A stretch of DNA of 27,246 nt from Patescibacteria group bacterium (GCA_018825765.1 JAHKAQ010000083.1:1-27246); one strand, 5' to 3'. Shown: positions 8,794 through 18,482, counted from the stretch's first letter. The notes: generated by a model not told the origin, from the sequence alone. Translations and numbers: made by a program.

Positions 8794-10713
8794 ATGCCCC
8801 TAGACAAAACTCAACAAGACCTGTATTCAGGAACTAACAAAATCCAGTCCCGGCCAAAAAACCTGGACCAGCTGGATCCCAGAAGTATTGTCTCAAAGGA
8901 AAATAACGATCCCAATAAAAAACAATGGTCGCAAGGCGACGAGGTAACCAGTAAACAAAAAAAACTGCTTATTCGCGTCCTCGCCGGCTTTGGAATTTTT
9001 GTTCTTATTTTTAGCCTGGGATATATTCTCTATCTCTACCAAAAAAACGCCTTTTCCAAAGAAAATTTCAAACTAACTTTCGACGTTCCAGAAACCATCA
9101 ATGCCGGCGAGGAATTCTCCTTTAAACTTCTCTTTCATAACAATAACCGCAAAAACCTTATTAACTGCGCCCTTGCTGTCAATCACCCGGAAAAACTTAA
9201 GGTATCAAAAATAAACCCCGCGCCGCTTAACGCCGGAGATAACTATGTAAACTTTCAACTACCTGAAATTAAAGCTTATGAAAACGGCGTCATTGCCTTT
9301 TACGCTCAAATTCCGGAAAAAGAAGAAAACACCATAGATATTGAAGCTTCCCTCTCCTGTCAGTTAAAGCAGAATGAAGAACCCCAGGAAATCCAATACG
9401 CAAGACAAAGCACGGCCGTAAAATCGTCTAAAATTATTCTTCAGTTTGAATCAACCAGACAAGCCGCTTCCCAGGATGTAATTGAATACTTTCTTAAATT
9501 AAAAAACAACACCGATCAAAACATAAACAGCACGGAATTAAGAATTACCTATCCTCTGGGCTTTGAGTTCATATCCTCAACCGCGGCCGCGGCCGACACA
9601 GAAAACTCTGCTTTCAAATTCGCCACCATAACCCCGCGCCAGGAAATAGACCTTAAAATTTCAGGCACCATAAAAGGATCAGCCGGAGAGAAAAAACAGG
9701 CCAAAGCTCAAGCCGGCATTGTTCAAGGCGATGACTTTGTTGTTATAAGCGAAGAATTTACTGAAACCGAAATCACGACCTCTCCCTTGAGCATTGATCA
9801 AATAATATCCAGCCAAACCAAAGAAAACATTGAAGCCGTGGACCCGGGAGAGTCCCTGGACTTTATTATAAAATATAAAAACAACAGCGAACTCCCGCTA
9901 AGAGACGCTGTAGTTACCGCCAAAATTGAAGGCCGGGCCATTGATTATAATTCAATCCAGGCCCAATCCGGAAACTTTGACGGAAATCTCAAAACCATAA
10001 CCTGGCGCCCCGGTGAAGTCCCGGCGCTAGGCCTTCTTGATCCTCAGGAGCAGGGGGAAATCTCTTTTAAACTCAAAACCCTGTCTCATCTTCCTTCTGA
10101 CAGTCTTGACGATAAAAATTTTTCCGTCTCCTCCACCGCTCAAATTGACAGCCCGGATATTCCCACGCCCGTCGGCATGAATAAAACCATTTCCTCAAGC
10201 AAAAAAAGCGTTAAAATAAATACCAAAGTAATCTTTGAAGCTTTTGGAGTATATTCCGACAGCCTGCTGCCCGGAACCGGCCCCATCCCGCCGCGTATTG
10301 GCGAAGAAACCACCTATACTATCCACTACAAAATCACAAACATCAATAACGATATCTCAAACACAATAGTAAAAACCACCCTGCCTGATTATGTTTTATG
10401 GAAAAACAGTGTTTATCCAACCAGAACCGAACAATTAACTTTTGACGAAAGAAGCAAGGAACTAACCTGGAATATCTCCAGCGTCCCGGCTTTATCCGGC
10501 ACTCAACTTGGAGCGAAAGAAATAGCTTTTCAAATTAGCATAACCCCCCAGGAGCATCAATTCGATCAAGAACTTATCCTGATAAATCAGTCCAGTTTCA
10601 GCTGTCAGGATAAATTTACCGGCAAAAATTATCAATTAACCCAGAACCCGGTCTCGACCCTGTTACCCAATGACCCCAGTGTCGGCCAAAATCAAGCAAC
10701 AGTCTCCAGATGA
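8794..10713 (+). CDS. Large single-pass membrane protein with repeated Ig-like/DUF11-like beta domains, function unknown
   Basis: One TM segment (LLIRVLAGFGIFVLIFSLGYILYLY), then repeats such as IEYFLKLKNNT, LDFIIKYKNNS and TTYTIHYKITN. ATG 8794 is preferred over the track start 8737, which overlaps recO. Confidence 0.65.
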   Translation: MPLDKTQQDLYSGTNKIQSRPKNLDQLDPRSIVSKENNDPNKKQWSQGDEVTSKQKKLLIRVLAGFGIFVLIFSLGYILYLYQKNAFSKENFKLTFDVPETINAGEEFSFKLLFHNNNRKNLINCALAVNHPEKLKVSKINPAPLNAGDNYVNFQLPEIKAYENGVIAFYAQIPEKEENTIDIEASLSCQLKQNEEPQEIQYARQSTAVKSSKIILQFESTRQAASQDVIEYFLKLKNNTDQNINSTELRITYPLGFEFISSTAAAADTENSAFKFATITPRQEIDLKISGTIKGSAGEKKQAKAQAGIVQGDDFVVISEEFTETEITTSPLSIDQIISSQTKENIEAVDPGESLDFIIKYKNNSELPLRDAVVTAKIEGRAIDYNSIQAQSGNFDGNLKTITWRPGEVPALGLLDPQEQGEISFKLKTLSHLPSDSLDDKNFSVSSTAQIDSPDIPTPVGMNKTISSSKKSVKINTKVIFEAFGVYSDSLLPGTGPIPPRIGEETTYTIHYKITNINNDISNTIVKTTLPDYVLWKNSVYPTRTEQLTFDERSKELTWNISSVPALSGTQLGAKEIAFQISITPQEHQFDQELILINQSSFSCQDKFTGKNYQLTQNPVSTLLPNDPSVGQNQATVSR

Positions 10714-10955
10714 AATTCATTTTAAAAATTATTGTTCTTAGCCTCTTAATCGCGGGATTCCTGTCATCCTTTAACCTTGATCGCGTCCAGCCCTCAGCTG
10801 AAATTAAAAATAAAACAAAAACTATCCTGAAAAATTCCGCTAAAAAATTAAAACAACTCATTTACAAAAAAGCAGCCAAAACAAACCCTCCGGGCGATAT
10901 TTTGCCTGATGAAATAGATGACAAATTGATTCATAAAATAAAAGAAATAAAATAA
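10710..10955 (+). CDS. Small hypothetical exported/membrane-anchored protein
   Basis: ATGA overlap with the upstream stop; N-terminal signal-like stretch MKFILKIIVLSLLIAGFLSS, followed by a Lys-rich tail. Confidence 0.65.
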   Translation: MKFILKIIVLSLLIAGFLSSFNLDRVQPSAEIKNKTKTILKNSAKKLKQLIYKKAAKTNPPGDILPDEIDDKLIHKIKEIK

Positions 10956-10964
10956 TCTTAAGGC

Positions 10965-10993
10965 TTGTTCTTTAAAAAAAAACATGCTTTAAT
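10965..10993 (+). promoter_or_regulatory. Candidate sigma70 promoter (extended -10) for the Wzz-like/DUF4012 genes
   Basis: TTGTTC (10965-10970), 17 bp, TG-C-TTTAAT (10985-10993), 33 nt upstream of ATG 11027. Confidence 0.5.
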
Positions 10994-11026
10994 TACTAGC
11001 TTAATATTTCTTTTATTTTTTAAAAA

Positions 11027-11818
11027 ATGACAAACTTCAAGCTTAAAGCTAAGTTTCTAGTTTTTATCAGTCTCCTGGCCGGGCTTATTTTTATTTTAAA
11101 AGGAATTCTTGCCCCGCCTTTTTACCAGTCAAGTTTTAGCGTTGTTCTTCTTCCCCAAAACATAGACTCCCGAAACGCCTCAAAAATACAGGATCAATCC
11201 GCGTTTTTCTCGTCTTTAATAAAACAAACCGTTCCAGGCAGTATTTTTCTTGAAAAAATAAACACCGAACTAAAATCATCCAATAGTCAGCGCCCAATAG
11301 ATGTCACTGCCAGCCAGTGGGCTCGCTCCATAAGCGTCCACCAAAATCCAAAATCTCAAATCCTTACCATTACCGCTTTTCATAAAGACCCCAAGCAAGC
11401 GGTTTTTTTTGCCGCACTCACCAGCCAAACTTTAAAAAATAATATCGCTCTTTTCACCAACAGCAACAATCTGGAAGCTAAGCTCATCGACCAGCCGCTC
11501 AAAGCCTCTACACCTGGAATTCTCTATTTCGCCGGTATTTTTTTCAAAGGAATCTTACTGGGAGCTCTTATCTCCTTTTTACTCATCCTTACCTTCAAGG
11601 AAAAAACCCTTGGCTGGCTATTCATTAAAAAAAAATATAAAATAAAACCCGAAAGGAAAAAGATCACAAAAAAACAACCCGAGCCCATTATTTCGCCTAA
11701 TCTCTCGTCCCGATCAATCACTCCTTTATCCATAAGCAAAACCAAAAAAAACCTGCAAACTTCTTCAGACCAGGAAATAAAGGAACGGCTTAATCGTCTA
11801 ATAAGCGGGGATCTTTAA
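11027..11818 (+). CDS. Wzz/CpsC/YveK-like polysaccharide chain-length determinant domain protein
   Basis: TM, then YQSSFSVVL...ILTITAFHKDPKQA...AKLIDQP, then a second TM and a basic cytoplasmic tail, the typical polysaccharide co-polymerase topology. Confidence 0.65.
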   Translation: MTNFKLKAKFLVFISLLAGLIFILKGILAPPFYQSSFSVVLLPQNIDSRNASKIQDQSAFFSSLIKQTVPGSIFLEKINTELKSSNSQRPIDVTASQWARSISVHQNPKSQILTITAFHKDPKQAVFFAALTSQTLKNNIALFTNSNNLEAKLIDQPLKASTPGILYFAGIFFKGILLGALISFLLILTFKEKTLGWLFIKKKYKIKPERKKITKKQPEPIISPNLSSRSITPLSISKTKKNLQTSSDQEIKERLNRLISGDL

Positions 11819-11820
11819 AC

Positions 11821-13230
11821 ATGAAAACAAGCGTTAAAATTTTACTTTTCCTGCTTTTTCTTACCACCCTGGCCAGCGCCTCCTGGTATTATTTTAAAAA
11901 CAGTGATTTTGGTCTTCTCAAAAAACTAAAGCCAACCCCGGCTGATTTATATAATAAAGATCAGGCTGACGCTAATTTCACTAATTTAAACTTTGTTTCA
12001 TTTACCAAAGAAATATCCGGAATAAACGGGCCAAGAACCTATCTGATCCTCTTTCAAAACTCCATGGAACTAAGACCCACTGGCGGATTTATCGGGTCTT
12101 TCGCTAAAATAAAAGTAGAAAATGGAAAACTCATAGAAAAAAAAACTTTTGATTCAGCTATTTTTGACCAAACCCTTCAAAACGCGCCTGAACCGCCGTA
12201 TTTTATCAAAAAATATCTTCATACTGATCAATGGGGCGTGAGGGATTCTAACTGGTATTTTGATTTCTCCTCCAGCAGTCAAAACGCTCTAAAGCTTTAT
12301 CATCTTTCCCCGGATCATAAAGATGATAAAATTGACGGCGTAATCGGCGTAACAACCAACATCCTGCCCTATCTCATTGAAAAAACCGGCCCCATAGAGC
12401 TTCCTGATATACAAGGACAATTCACTAAAGAAAACTGTATTGAAAAACTGGAATATGAAGTAGAATTGGGGTTTAGTAAAAGAGGAGTTGCGCGTCACCA
12501 AAGAAAAGACATTCTTAAAGAGCTGCTTGACATTTTATCCTCCCGGCTTACCCAAATCGGGAAATTGGAACAACTTTCCCTCCTAAAGGACCTGCAAAAA
12601 CTGCTCCAAAAAAAAGATATTCAGTTCTATTTTGAAAACCAGGACATGCAAAATTACGCCCTAAAAAATAACTGGGCCGGCGCCATAATTGCCGGCGCTT
12701 CTTATAACGACTATCTCGCCCTGGTAGATTCTAATCTGGGCGCGCTAAAAACCAATCGCTGTCTAAGCCATAAAATCACCTATCAGGTTGATTTTTCCGA
12801 CCCCAAAAATCCAAAAGCCAAAACCACAATAGACTACGCTAATAATTGCCGGGAAAAAAACTTCATGACCGATAATTACCACGGTTACACAAGGCTTTAC
12901 GTGCCGCTTAATTCCACGCTTGAAAGCGCCCAGGGATTTGACCAGGGAGCTCTGAATGAAATCACAAGCCCCAATGACCCCGCGTTGATCGAAACCACTA
13001 AAGATAAAAAAATATTCAGTAATCTGGTTTACGTGACGCTCAACAGCCAAAGAGCCTACAGTTTTTCCTACAAACTTCCTTCAACCATCAATTCTTCCAA
13101 TTATCAGCTGTATTTCCAAAAACAAGCCGGCCTGAATAACCCTCATCTCAAAGTGATCCTGAAAGAACAAACAAAAGAACAAATAATCTTTGACCAGGCA
13201 GTAGAAAAAGACACTCTGATAAAAAAATAA
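11821..13230 (+). CDS. DUF4012 domain-containing membrane-anchored protein
   Basis: RTYLILFQNSMELRPTGGFIGS, RDSNWYFDF, IDGVIGV and YTRLYVP motifs as recalled for DUF4012; N-terminal TM. Confidence 0.8.
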   Translation: MKTSVKILLFLLFLTTLASASWYYFKNSDFGLLKKLKPTPADLYNKDQADANFTNLNFVSFTKEISGINGPRTYLILFQNSMELRPTGGFIGSFAKIKVENGKLIEKKTFDSAIFDQTLQNAPEPPYFIKKYLHTDQWGVRDSNWYFDFSSSSQNALKLYHLSPDHKDDKIDGVIGVTTNILPYLIEKTGPIELPDIQGQFTKENCIEKLEYEVELGFSKRGVARHQRKDILKELLDILSSRLTQIGKLEQLSLLKDLQKLLQKKDIQFYFENQDMQNYALKNNWAGAIIAGASYNDYLALVDSNLGALKTNRCLSHKITYQVDFSDPKNPKAKTTIDYANNCREKNFMTDNYHGYTRLYVPLNSTLESAQGFDQGALNEITSPNDPALIETTKDKKIFSNLVYVTLNSQRAYSFSYKLPSTINSSNYQLYFQKQAGLNNPHLKVILKEQTKEQIIFDQAVEKDTLIKK

Positions 13231-13242
13231 ATCTCAATCTCA

Positions 13243-13271
13243 TTCCCTAAAACTCTAATATCCTTTATAAT
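13243..13271 (+). promoter_or_regulatory. Candidate promoter for parAB
   Basis: Perfect TATAAT (13266-13271) with a weak -35 TTCCCT (13243-13248) at 17-bp spacing, in the 80-bp intergenic gap. Confidence 0.45.
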
Positions 13272-13310
13272 AAATCAACTCTTAGTTAACAGGGGATATT
13301 TAATGTTAAA

Positions 13311-14078
13311 ATGAGTCAAATAATTTCTTTGGTTAATCAAAAAGGCGGCGTAGGAAAAACAACTACCGCCATAAACATGGCTCAATATTTAGCTGAAGCC
13401 GGCCGTTTAGTGCTTCTTGTTGATCTTGATCCGCAAGCTAACGCCACCAGCGGAGTGGGTATAGACAAAAATAACATCCAATTTGGAATCTATGACTCCA
13501 TGATAAAACAAGTCCCCGTAGAGCGGGCGATTACCAAAATAAATTCCGTGGGCTATGACGTAATCCCGTCTTCTCCGGATCTTTCAGGCGCTTCCATAGA
13601 ACTTGCCCGCGCCAAACAAAGAGAATTCTGGCTCCATAGAATATTAAAAAACATAAAAAACAAATACGATTACATAATTATTGACAGCCCGCCCAGCCTT
13701 GATCTTTTAACCATAAACGGACTGGTCGCTTCAGACGGACTTCTGATCCCGGTTCAATGTGAATACTACGCGCTTGAAGGACTTAGCCGCCTGCTTGAAA
13801 CCATCACCCTTATAAGGAAAAATCTCAAGCCAAACCTTGATATAATCGGGGCTATTCTCACCATGTATGACAAAAGAAATAAGCTTGCCCGCCAGGTCGT
13901 AAAAGAAGTTCAGGATAATTTCCCGGGCCGCGTGTTTTCTTCAATTATTCCCAGAAACGTCAGGCTTTCTGAAGCTCCCAGCTTTGGCAAATCCATTCTT
14001 GGATTCGCCAGCCTCTCTAAAGGAGCCAAGGCCTATCACAACCTGGCCCGGGAACTTATCGAATTAGAAAAACAATAA
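13311..14078 (+). CDS. parA: Chromosome partitioning ATPase ParA/Soj
   Basis: NQKGGVGKTT deviant Walker A, DLDPQANAT, IIDSPPSL, PVQCEYYALEG, IPRNVRLSEAPSFG. Confidence 0.97.
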   Translation: MSQIISLVNQKGGVGKTTTAINMAQYLAEAGRLVLLVDLDPQANATSGVGIDKNNIQFGIYDSMIKQVPVERAITKINSVGYDVIPSSPDLSGASIELARAKQREFWLHRILKNIKNKYDYIIIDSPPSLDLLTINGLVASDGLLIPVQCEYYALEGLSRLLETITLIRKNLKPNLDIIGAILTMYDKRNKLARQVVKEVQDNFPGRVFSSIIPRNVRLSEAPSFGKSILGFASLSKGAKAYHNLARELIELEKQ

Positions 14079-14099
14079 TTTAGCATTTAAAACAAAAAA

Positions 14100-14993
14100 A
14101 TGGCGTCATCTAACGCGTTGGGCAGAGGCCTCTCCGCCCTGATTCCAGACAGTATAAAAAAAGACTTAAAACAAAAAAAACACCCTTCCAAACATCAGCC
14201 CGGGGAACAAAAAAGCGTCATTGAGCTGGAAATAAAAAAAATATCCCCTAACGCCAACCAGCCCAGAAGAAAATTCAACAAAGAAAATCTGGAATCCCTG
14301 GCTGAATCCATAAAAGAGTATGGCGTTCTTCAGCCTATCCTAGTCATAAAAAAAGGCCGGGAAGAATATGAAATTATCGCCGGCGAAAGAAGATACCGGG
14401 CCGCGAAAATTATCAACTTGGAAAGAATCCCCGCCATCATAAAACAAAGCGACCAGCAGAACCAGCTGGAATTAGCCATTATTGAAAATATTCAGCGGGA
14501 AAACTTAAACCCCATTGAAGAAGCGCGAGCCTATCAAAAACTCATGCAGGAATTCTCTCTAACCCAGGAAGAAATTTCAAGAAAAGTCAAAAAAGGCAGG
14601 TCTTCCATTGCCAATCTAATGAGATTTCTTACCCTGCCCCAGGAAATTCAAGACGGACTTATGGAAGGAAAAATAAACGAAGGCCACGCCAAAGTAATTG
14701 CCGCCCTGGATAATCCTCAGGCTCAACTGGCTCTATATAAGCAAACCTTAAAAGACAGTCTTACCGTGAGAAATATAGAAGAGATCGCCCAGGAAGTTTC
14801 GGTCCGGCCGCACAAAAGAAGAATCACTAATCAAACAAACAATCCGATTACCAGCCAGCGGGAAAAAATAATCTCCGACGCCGTTGGATTAAAGGTAAAA
14901 ATAAAGCCCAAAAAAAAGGGCGGGAAAATTATTATCGATTATTACGGAGAAAACGATCTCGATCGCTTTATCCAGCTGATAAACCAAAATTAA
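14100..14993 (+). CDS. parB: Chromosome partitioning protein ParB/Spo0J
   Basis: PNANQPRR, GVLQPILV, IAGERRYRA (CTP-binding), ENIQRENLNPIEEA, HTH segment. Confidence 0.96.
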   Translation: MASSNALGRGLSALIPDSIKKDLKQKKHPSKHQPGEQKSVIELEIKKISPNANQPRRKFNKENLESLAESIKEYGVLQPILVIKKGREEYEIIAGERRYRAAKIINLERIPAIIKQSDQQNQLELAIIENIQRENLNPIEEARAYQKLMQEFSLTQEEISRKVKKGRSSIANLMRFLTLPQEIQDGLMEGKINEGHAKVIAALDNPQAQLALYKQTLKDSLTVRNIEEIAQEVSVRPHKRRITNQTNNPITSQREKIISDAVGLKVKIKPKKKGGKIIIDYYGENDLDRFIQLINQN

Positions 14994-16486
14994 AAAATAA
15001 ATTTCTTCTCTTTTTTTAAAACGTCTTTTATTTTCATCCTGGCGTTGCTTGTCTTTATAAAATTAAGCCATTTAATATCCGGCGTTTTCTTGCCTTTTTG
15101 AACCACAATTTCTATAACTTCCCCGTTTTGAATCATATAATCTAGCGGCACCGGTGATCCGTCAGCCTTAGCGCCTATCGCCGAATGCCCTACTTCAGTA
15201 TGAACCTCATAAGCAAAATCAATAGGCGTCGCGCCTTCAGGCAAATCAATTACGTCACCCGCCGGGGTAAAGGCGAAAATCCTGTCGTTCAAAAAATCAA
15301 TCCGAAGACTCTTAAAAAATTCCTCTGAATCCGTGCCTGATATTTCCTGCCATTTTCGCAACTGGCGCACCCAGGTCAATTCTCTTTTCATTCTTTTCAA
15401 ATTATCACGCTCTTTTTTCCTTTTATTGGCGATCAGTTCGGCGAAAGTTTTCTTTTCTGAATAAAGCCAGTGAGCCGCGATACCATATTCTGCTTCCTCG
15501 TGCATTTGCGGAGTCCTAATCTGGACCTCTATCAGCTTACCGCCCAGAGCGAATACGGTTGTATGAAGCGACCGATAACCATTTGGCTTGGGCAGGGAAA
15601 TATAATCCTTAATTCTTTTTATCAACGGCAAATAATGCTTATGAATCACCCCTAAGGTCTCATAACAATTTCTTATCTCCGGCACTATAATCCTTACCGC
15701 CACCAGATCATATATCTCATCAATATTCATGCTGTGCCGCTTTAATTTAAGGTAAAGACGATACAAATGTTTGGCCCGGCCATGAATATCCAACACTTCT
15801 ATACCCTCATTTTTTAGAACTTTTTTTAATTCCTTAATAAACTTTTTTACCACTGCCATTCTTTCCTGATACTTTTCTTTGGTCATTTTATCCACCTCAT
15901 TATACATTTTTGGATAAACGTATTGAAACGACATATCTTCCAGGCCTCCTTTTATCCAACCAATCCCCAGACGGTTAGCTATGGGCGCGTAAATTTCCAT
16001 AGTCTCTTTTGAAATTCGATATTGTTTTTTGGGCGGCAAAACATCCAATGTTTCCATGTTGTGAAAACGATCTGATAGTTTAATAAGCACGGTCCGAATA
16101 TCCGCGGCCATGGCCAAAAACATCCGACGCAAATTTTCCAGGTAATATTCCTGTTTTCTGCCCCTTAACTTTATTTTCCCCAATTTTGTAATTCCAGAAA
16201 CAATAAACTCCACTTCTTTGCCAAATTCCCGACGAATATCTTTCAGGGTATATTTTGTGTCCTCTGGCACGTCATGCAATAAAGCGGCGATTAAAGTTTT
16301 TGATCCCATGCCGGTTTGCGCCAATCGGTAAGCGGTGATTAAAGGATGTTGAATATAATCCTCGCCGGTCTTTCTCTTTTGACCCTTATGCGCTAACAAA
16401 GCAAAGTTATAGGCTTTTACTATTTTTTCTTCGTCAATATTCGTGTTCTTGGCTTTTGCTGTCTCTATTAGCTCTTTTATAGTCAT
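14990..16486 (-). CDS. rel: RelA/SpoT-family (p)ppGpp synthetase/hydrolase, short form (HD-SYNTH-TGS)
   Basis: Hydrolase motifs AHKGQKRKTGEDYIQHP, LLHDVPED and KLSDRFHNM; synthetase motifs RIKDYISLPKPNGYRSLHT and EVQIRT; TGS domain FTPAGDVIDLPEGATPIDFAY; ends soon after TGS. Confidence 0.93.
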   Translation of the reverse strand: MTIKELIETAKAKNTNIDEEKIVKAYNFALLAHKGQKRKTGEDYIQHPLITAYRLAQTGMGSKTLIAALLHDVPEDTKYTLKDIRREFGKEVEFIVSGITKLGKIKLRGRKQEYYLENLRRMFLAMAADIRTVLIKLSDRFHNMETLDVLPPKKQYRISKETMEIYAPIANRLGIGWIKGGLEDMSFQYVYPKMYNEVDKMTKEKYQERMAVVKKFIKELKKVLKNEGIEVLDIHGRAKHLYRLYLKLKRHSMNIDEIYDLVAVRIIVPEIRNCYETLGVIHKHYLPLIKRIKDYISLPKPNGYRSLHTTVFALGGKLIEVQIRTPQMHEEAEYGIAAHWLYSEKKTFAELIANKRKKERDNLKRMKRELTWVRQLRKWQEISGTDSEEFFKSLRIDFLNDRIFAFTPAGDVIDLPEGATPIDFAYEVHTEVGHSAIGAKADGSPVPLDYMIQNGEVIEIVVQKGKKTPDIKWLNFIKTSNARMKIKDVLKKEKKFIF

Positions 16487-16495
16487 CTTTATTCT

Positions 16496-18454
16496 TTAAC
16501 CGGATATTTTTTTTAAAATCCCCAACTCGTCTCTGATCGCTATCGCCCGTTCAAATTCTAAATTATCCGCGGCTTTTTCCATTTCCTTTTCCATATCCTT
16601 TATCTGCCTTTGAATGTCAGTTATTTCTGTCATTTTCTGGTATTCACGGGGTAAATAATTTTTTTGTTTTTTCTTCTTCCCGGCAATGGAACGCACTCCT
16701 TTTTTTATAGTCTTGGGGGTAATTCCATACTTCTTGTTATACATCATTTGCTTTTTTCTTCTTCTACCTGTCTCTCTGGCCGCGGCTTCTATTGATCTGG
16801 TAATTTTTTCACAATAAAGAATCACTCTTCCTTTTACGTTTCTAGCCGCCCGGCCCATGGTTTGAATAAGAGACGTCTCATTTCTTAAAAATCCCTCGCT
16901 ATCTGCGTCAAGAATACCAACTAGCGTCACTTCGGGCAAATCCAAACCTTCTCGCAATAAATTAACCCCTACCAGTACCTGATATTTCCCGCGGCGTAAA
17001 TTATTAAGAATCCTGATTCTGTCCAAAGTCTCCACCCCTGAATGAAGATAACAAGCTTTTATTTTTTTTTCTTTCAAATAATCAGCCAGTTCTTCAGCCA
17101 TTTTCTTAGTCAACGTGGTTATTAAAACCCTTTCTTCTCTGGGCATTGTTTTTATTTCTTCCACTATGTTCTTTATCTGATTCTTACTCTTTCTTATTAT
17201 CAACTTCGGATCTAAAAGTCCGGTGGGACGGATTATCTGCTCTACTACCTTTACTGATTTTTTTCTTTCTGTCTGCCCTGGAGTAGCTGAAGTAAAGATG
17301 ATCTGACCTGTTTTTCTTGTAAATTCCTCGAATCTCAAAGGACGATTGTCAAAAGCCGACGGCAGGCGAAAACCATATTTCACTAAATTCTTCTTTCTTG
17401 AATAATCACCCTCGAACATTCCTCCAAGCTGGGGCAGGGTAACGTGTGATTCGTCAACAACAGTCAAAAAATTATCACCAAAATAATCCAACAGCGTGTA
17501 AGGAGCCTCTCCCGGCTCTCTGCCGGTCAAATAACGCGAATAATTCTCAATACCTGAAACATAACCCACTTCCCTTAGCATCACCATATCCTGCGTTACC
17601 CGACGTTCCAAACGTTCCGCTTCCAGATAAAGTTTCTTCCCTAAAAAATACTTTACCCGCCGCCGCATCTCTTTTAGGATTTGCGGAATAGAGCGCTCAA
17701 GCTCACCGGGAGAAACCACAAAGTGCCTGGCCGGAAAAATATCCAGATTTTCATGACAAACTCTTTTATCTCTTGATACTCCTGCAAATTCCTGAATTTT
17801 TTGAATTTTTTCATCCCTGAAATCAATCCTGTAAATCGCCTCGCCAAAAGGCGAGGCGATCTCAGCGCTTAAACCTCTTAGTCTAAAAGTTCCATTCTTC
17901 ATATCCTCACTTCTGGAATATCCAATGTCCACCAATCGACCCGCTAAATCATCCCTTTCCATAATCTGTCCCGCTCCTAATTTCAAAATATACTGCTTAT
18001 AGTTTATAGGATTTCCCAGGCCGTAAATACAGGAAACCGAACAAACAACAATCACGTCGCGCCTCGACACGAGAGAAGATGTAGCCGAGCCTCGCATCCT
18101 GTCAATTTCATCGTTTATTGAAGCGTCTTTTTCAATATAGGTATCAGAAGTCGGGATATAAGCTTCGGGCTGGTAATAATCATAATAACTGACAAAATAT
18201 TCTACCGCGTTTTTAGGGAAAAAATCACGAAATTCCTGCACTAGTTGAGCGGCTAGCGTTTTATTGTGAGCTATCACCAATACCGGCCGCTGTATCTTCG
18301 CGATTACATTGGCCACAGTGAAAGTCTTGCCTGACCCGGTTACCCCTAAAAGAGTCTGGTATTTTTTATTCTTATGAATAAGTCCGACCAGCTCTTTTAT
18401 CGCTCTTGGCTGATCTCCGGCCGGCTTAATCTTCGCTTGCAATTTAAACTTCAT
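16496..18454 (-). CDS. uvrB: Excinuclease ABC subunit B
   Basis: GDQPRAI, LLGVTGSGKT, FVSYYDYYQPEAY, VDESH, GVNLLREGLDLPEV, QTMGRAARN, C-terminal UVR domain. ATG 18454 (MKFKLQ) has AGGAG about 9 nt upstream and is preferred over 18520. Confidence 0.97.
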   Translation of the reverse strand: MKFKLQAKIKPAGDQPRAIKELVGLIHKNKKYQTLLGVTGSGKTFTVANVIAKIQRPVLVIAHNKTLAAQLVQEFRDFFPKNAVEYFVSYYDYYQPEAYIPTSDTYIEKDASINDEIDRMRGSATSSLVSRRDVIVVCSVSCIYGLGNPINYKQYILKLGAGQIMERDDLAGRLVDIGYSRSEDMKNGTFRLRGLSAEIASPFGEAIYRIDFRDEKIQKIQEFAGVSRDKRVCHENLDIFPARHFVVSPGELERSIPQILKEMRRRVKYFLGKKLYLEAERLERRVTQDMVMLREVGYVSGIENYSRYLTGREPGEAPYTLLDYFGDNFLTVVDESHVTLPQLGGMFEGDYSRKKNLVKYGFRLPSAFDNRPLRFEEFTRKTGQIIFTSATPGQTERKKSVKVVEQIIRPTGLLDPKLIIRKSKNQIKNIVEEIKTMPREERVLITTLTKKMAEELADYLKEKKIKACYLHSGVETLDRIRILNNLRRGKYQVLVGVNLLREGLDLPEVTLVGILDADSEGFLRNETSLIQTMGRAARNVKGRVILYCEKITRSIEAAARETGRRRKKQMMYNKKYGITPKTIKKGVRSIAGKKKKQKNYLPREYQKMTEITDIQRQIKDMEKEMEKAADNLEFERAIAIRDELGILKKISG

Positions 18455-18482
18455 GTATATTTTTCTCCTATTATCAAATAGC

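Noticed and set aside
10616-13050. Minus-strand ORFs 10616-10861, 11524-11745, 12289-12501 and 12763-13050
   Set aside because: Antisense to longer plus-strand genes; hydrophobic composition is the expected mirror of Lys-rich codons.
13231-15000. parS site near parAB
   Set aside because: No match to TGTTTCACGTGAAACA found by eye here or elsewhere in the window; partial hits such as GTTTACGTGAC near 13027 are too degenerate.
15470-17691. Plus-strand ORFs 15470-15655 and 17446-17691
   Set aside because: Antisense shadows within rel and uvrB.
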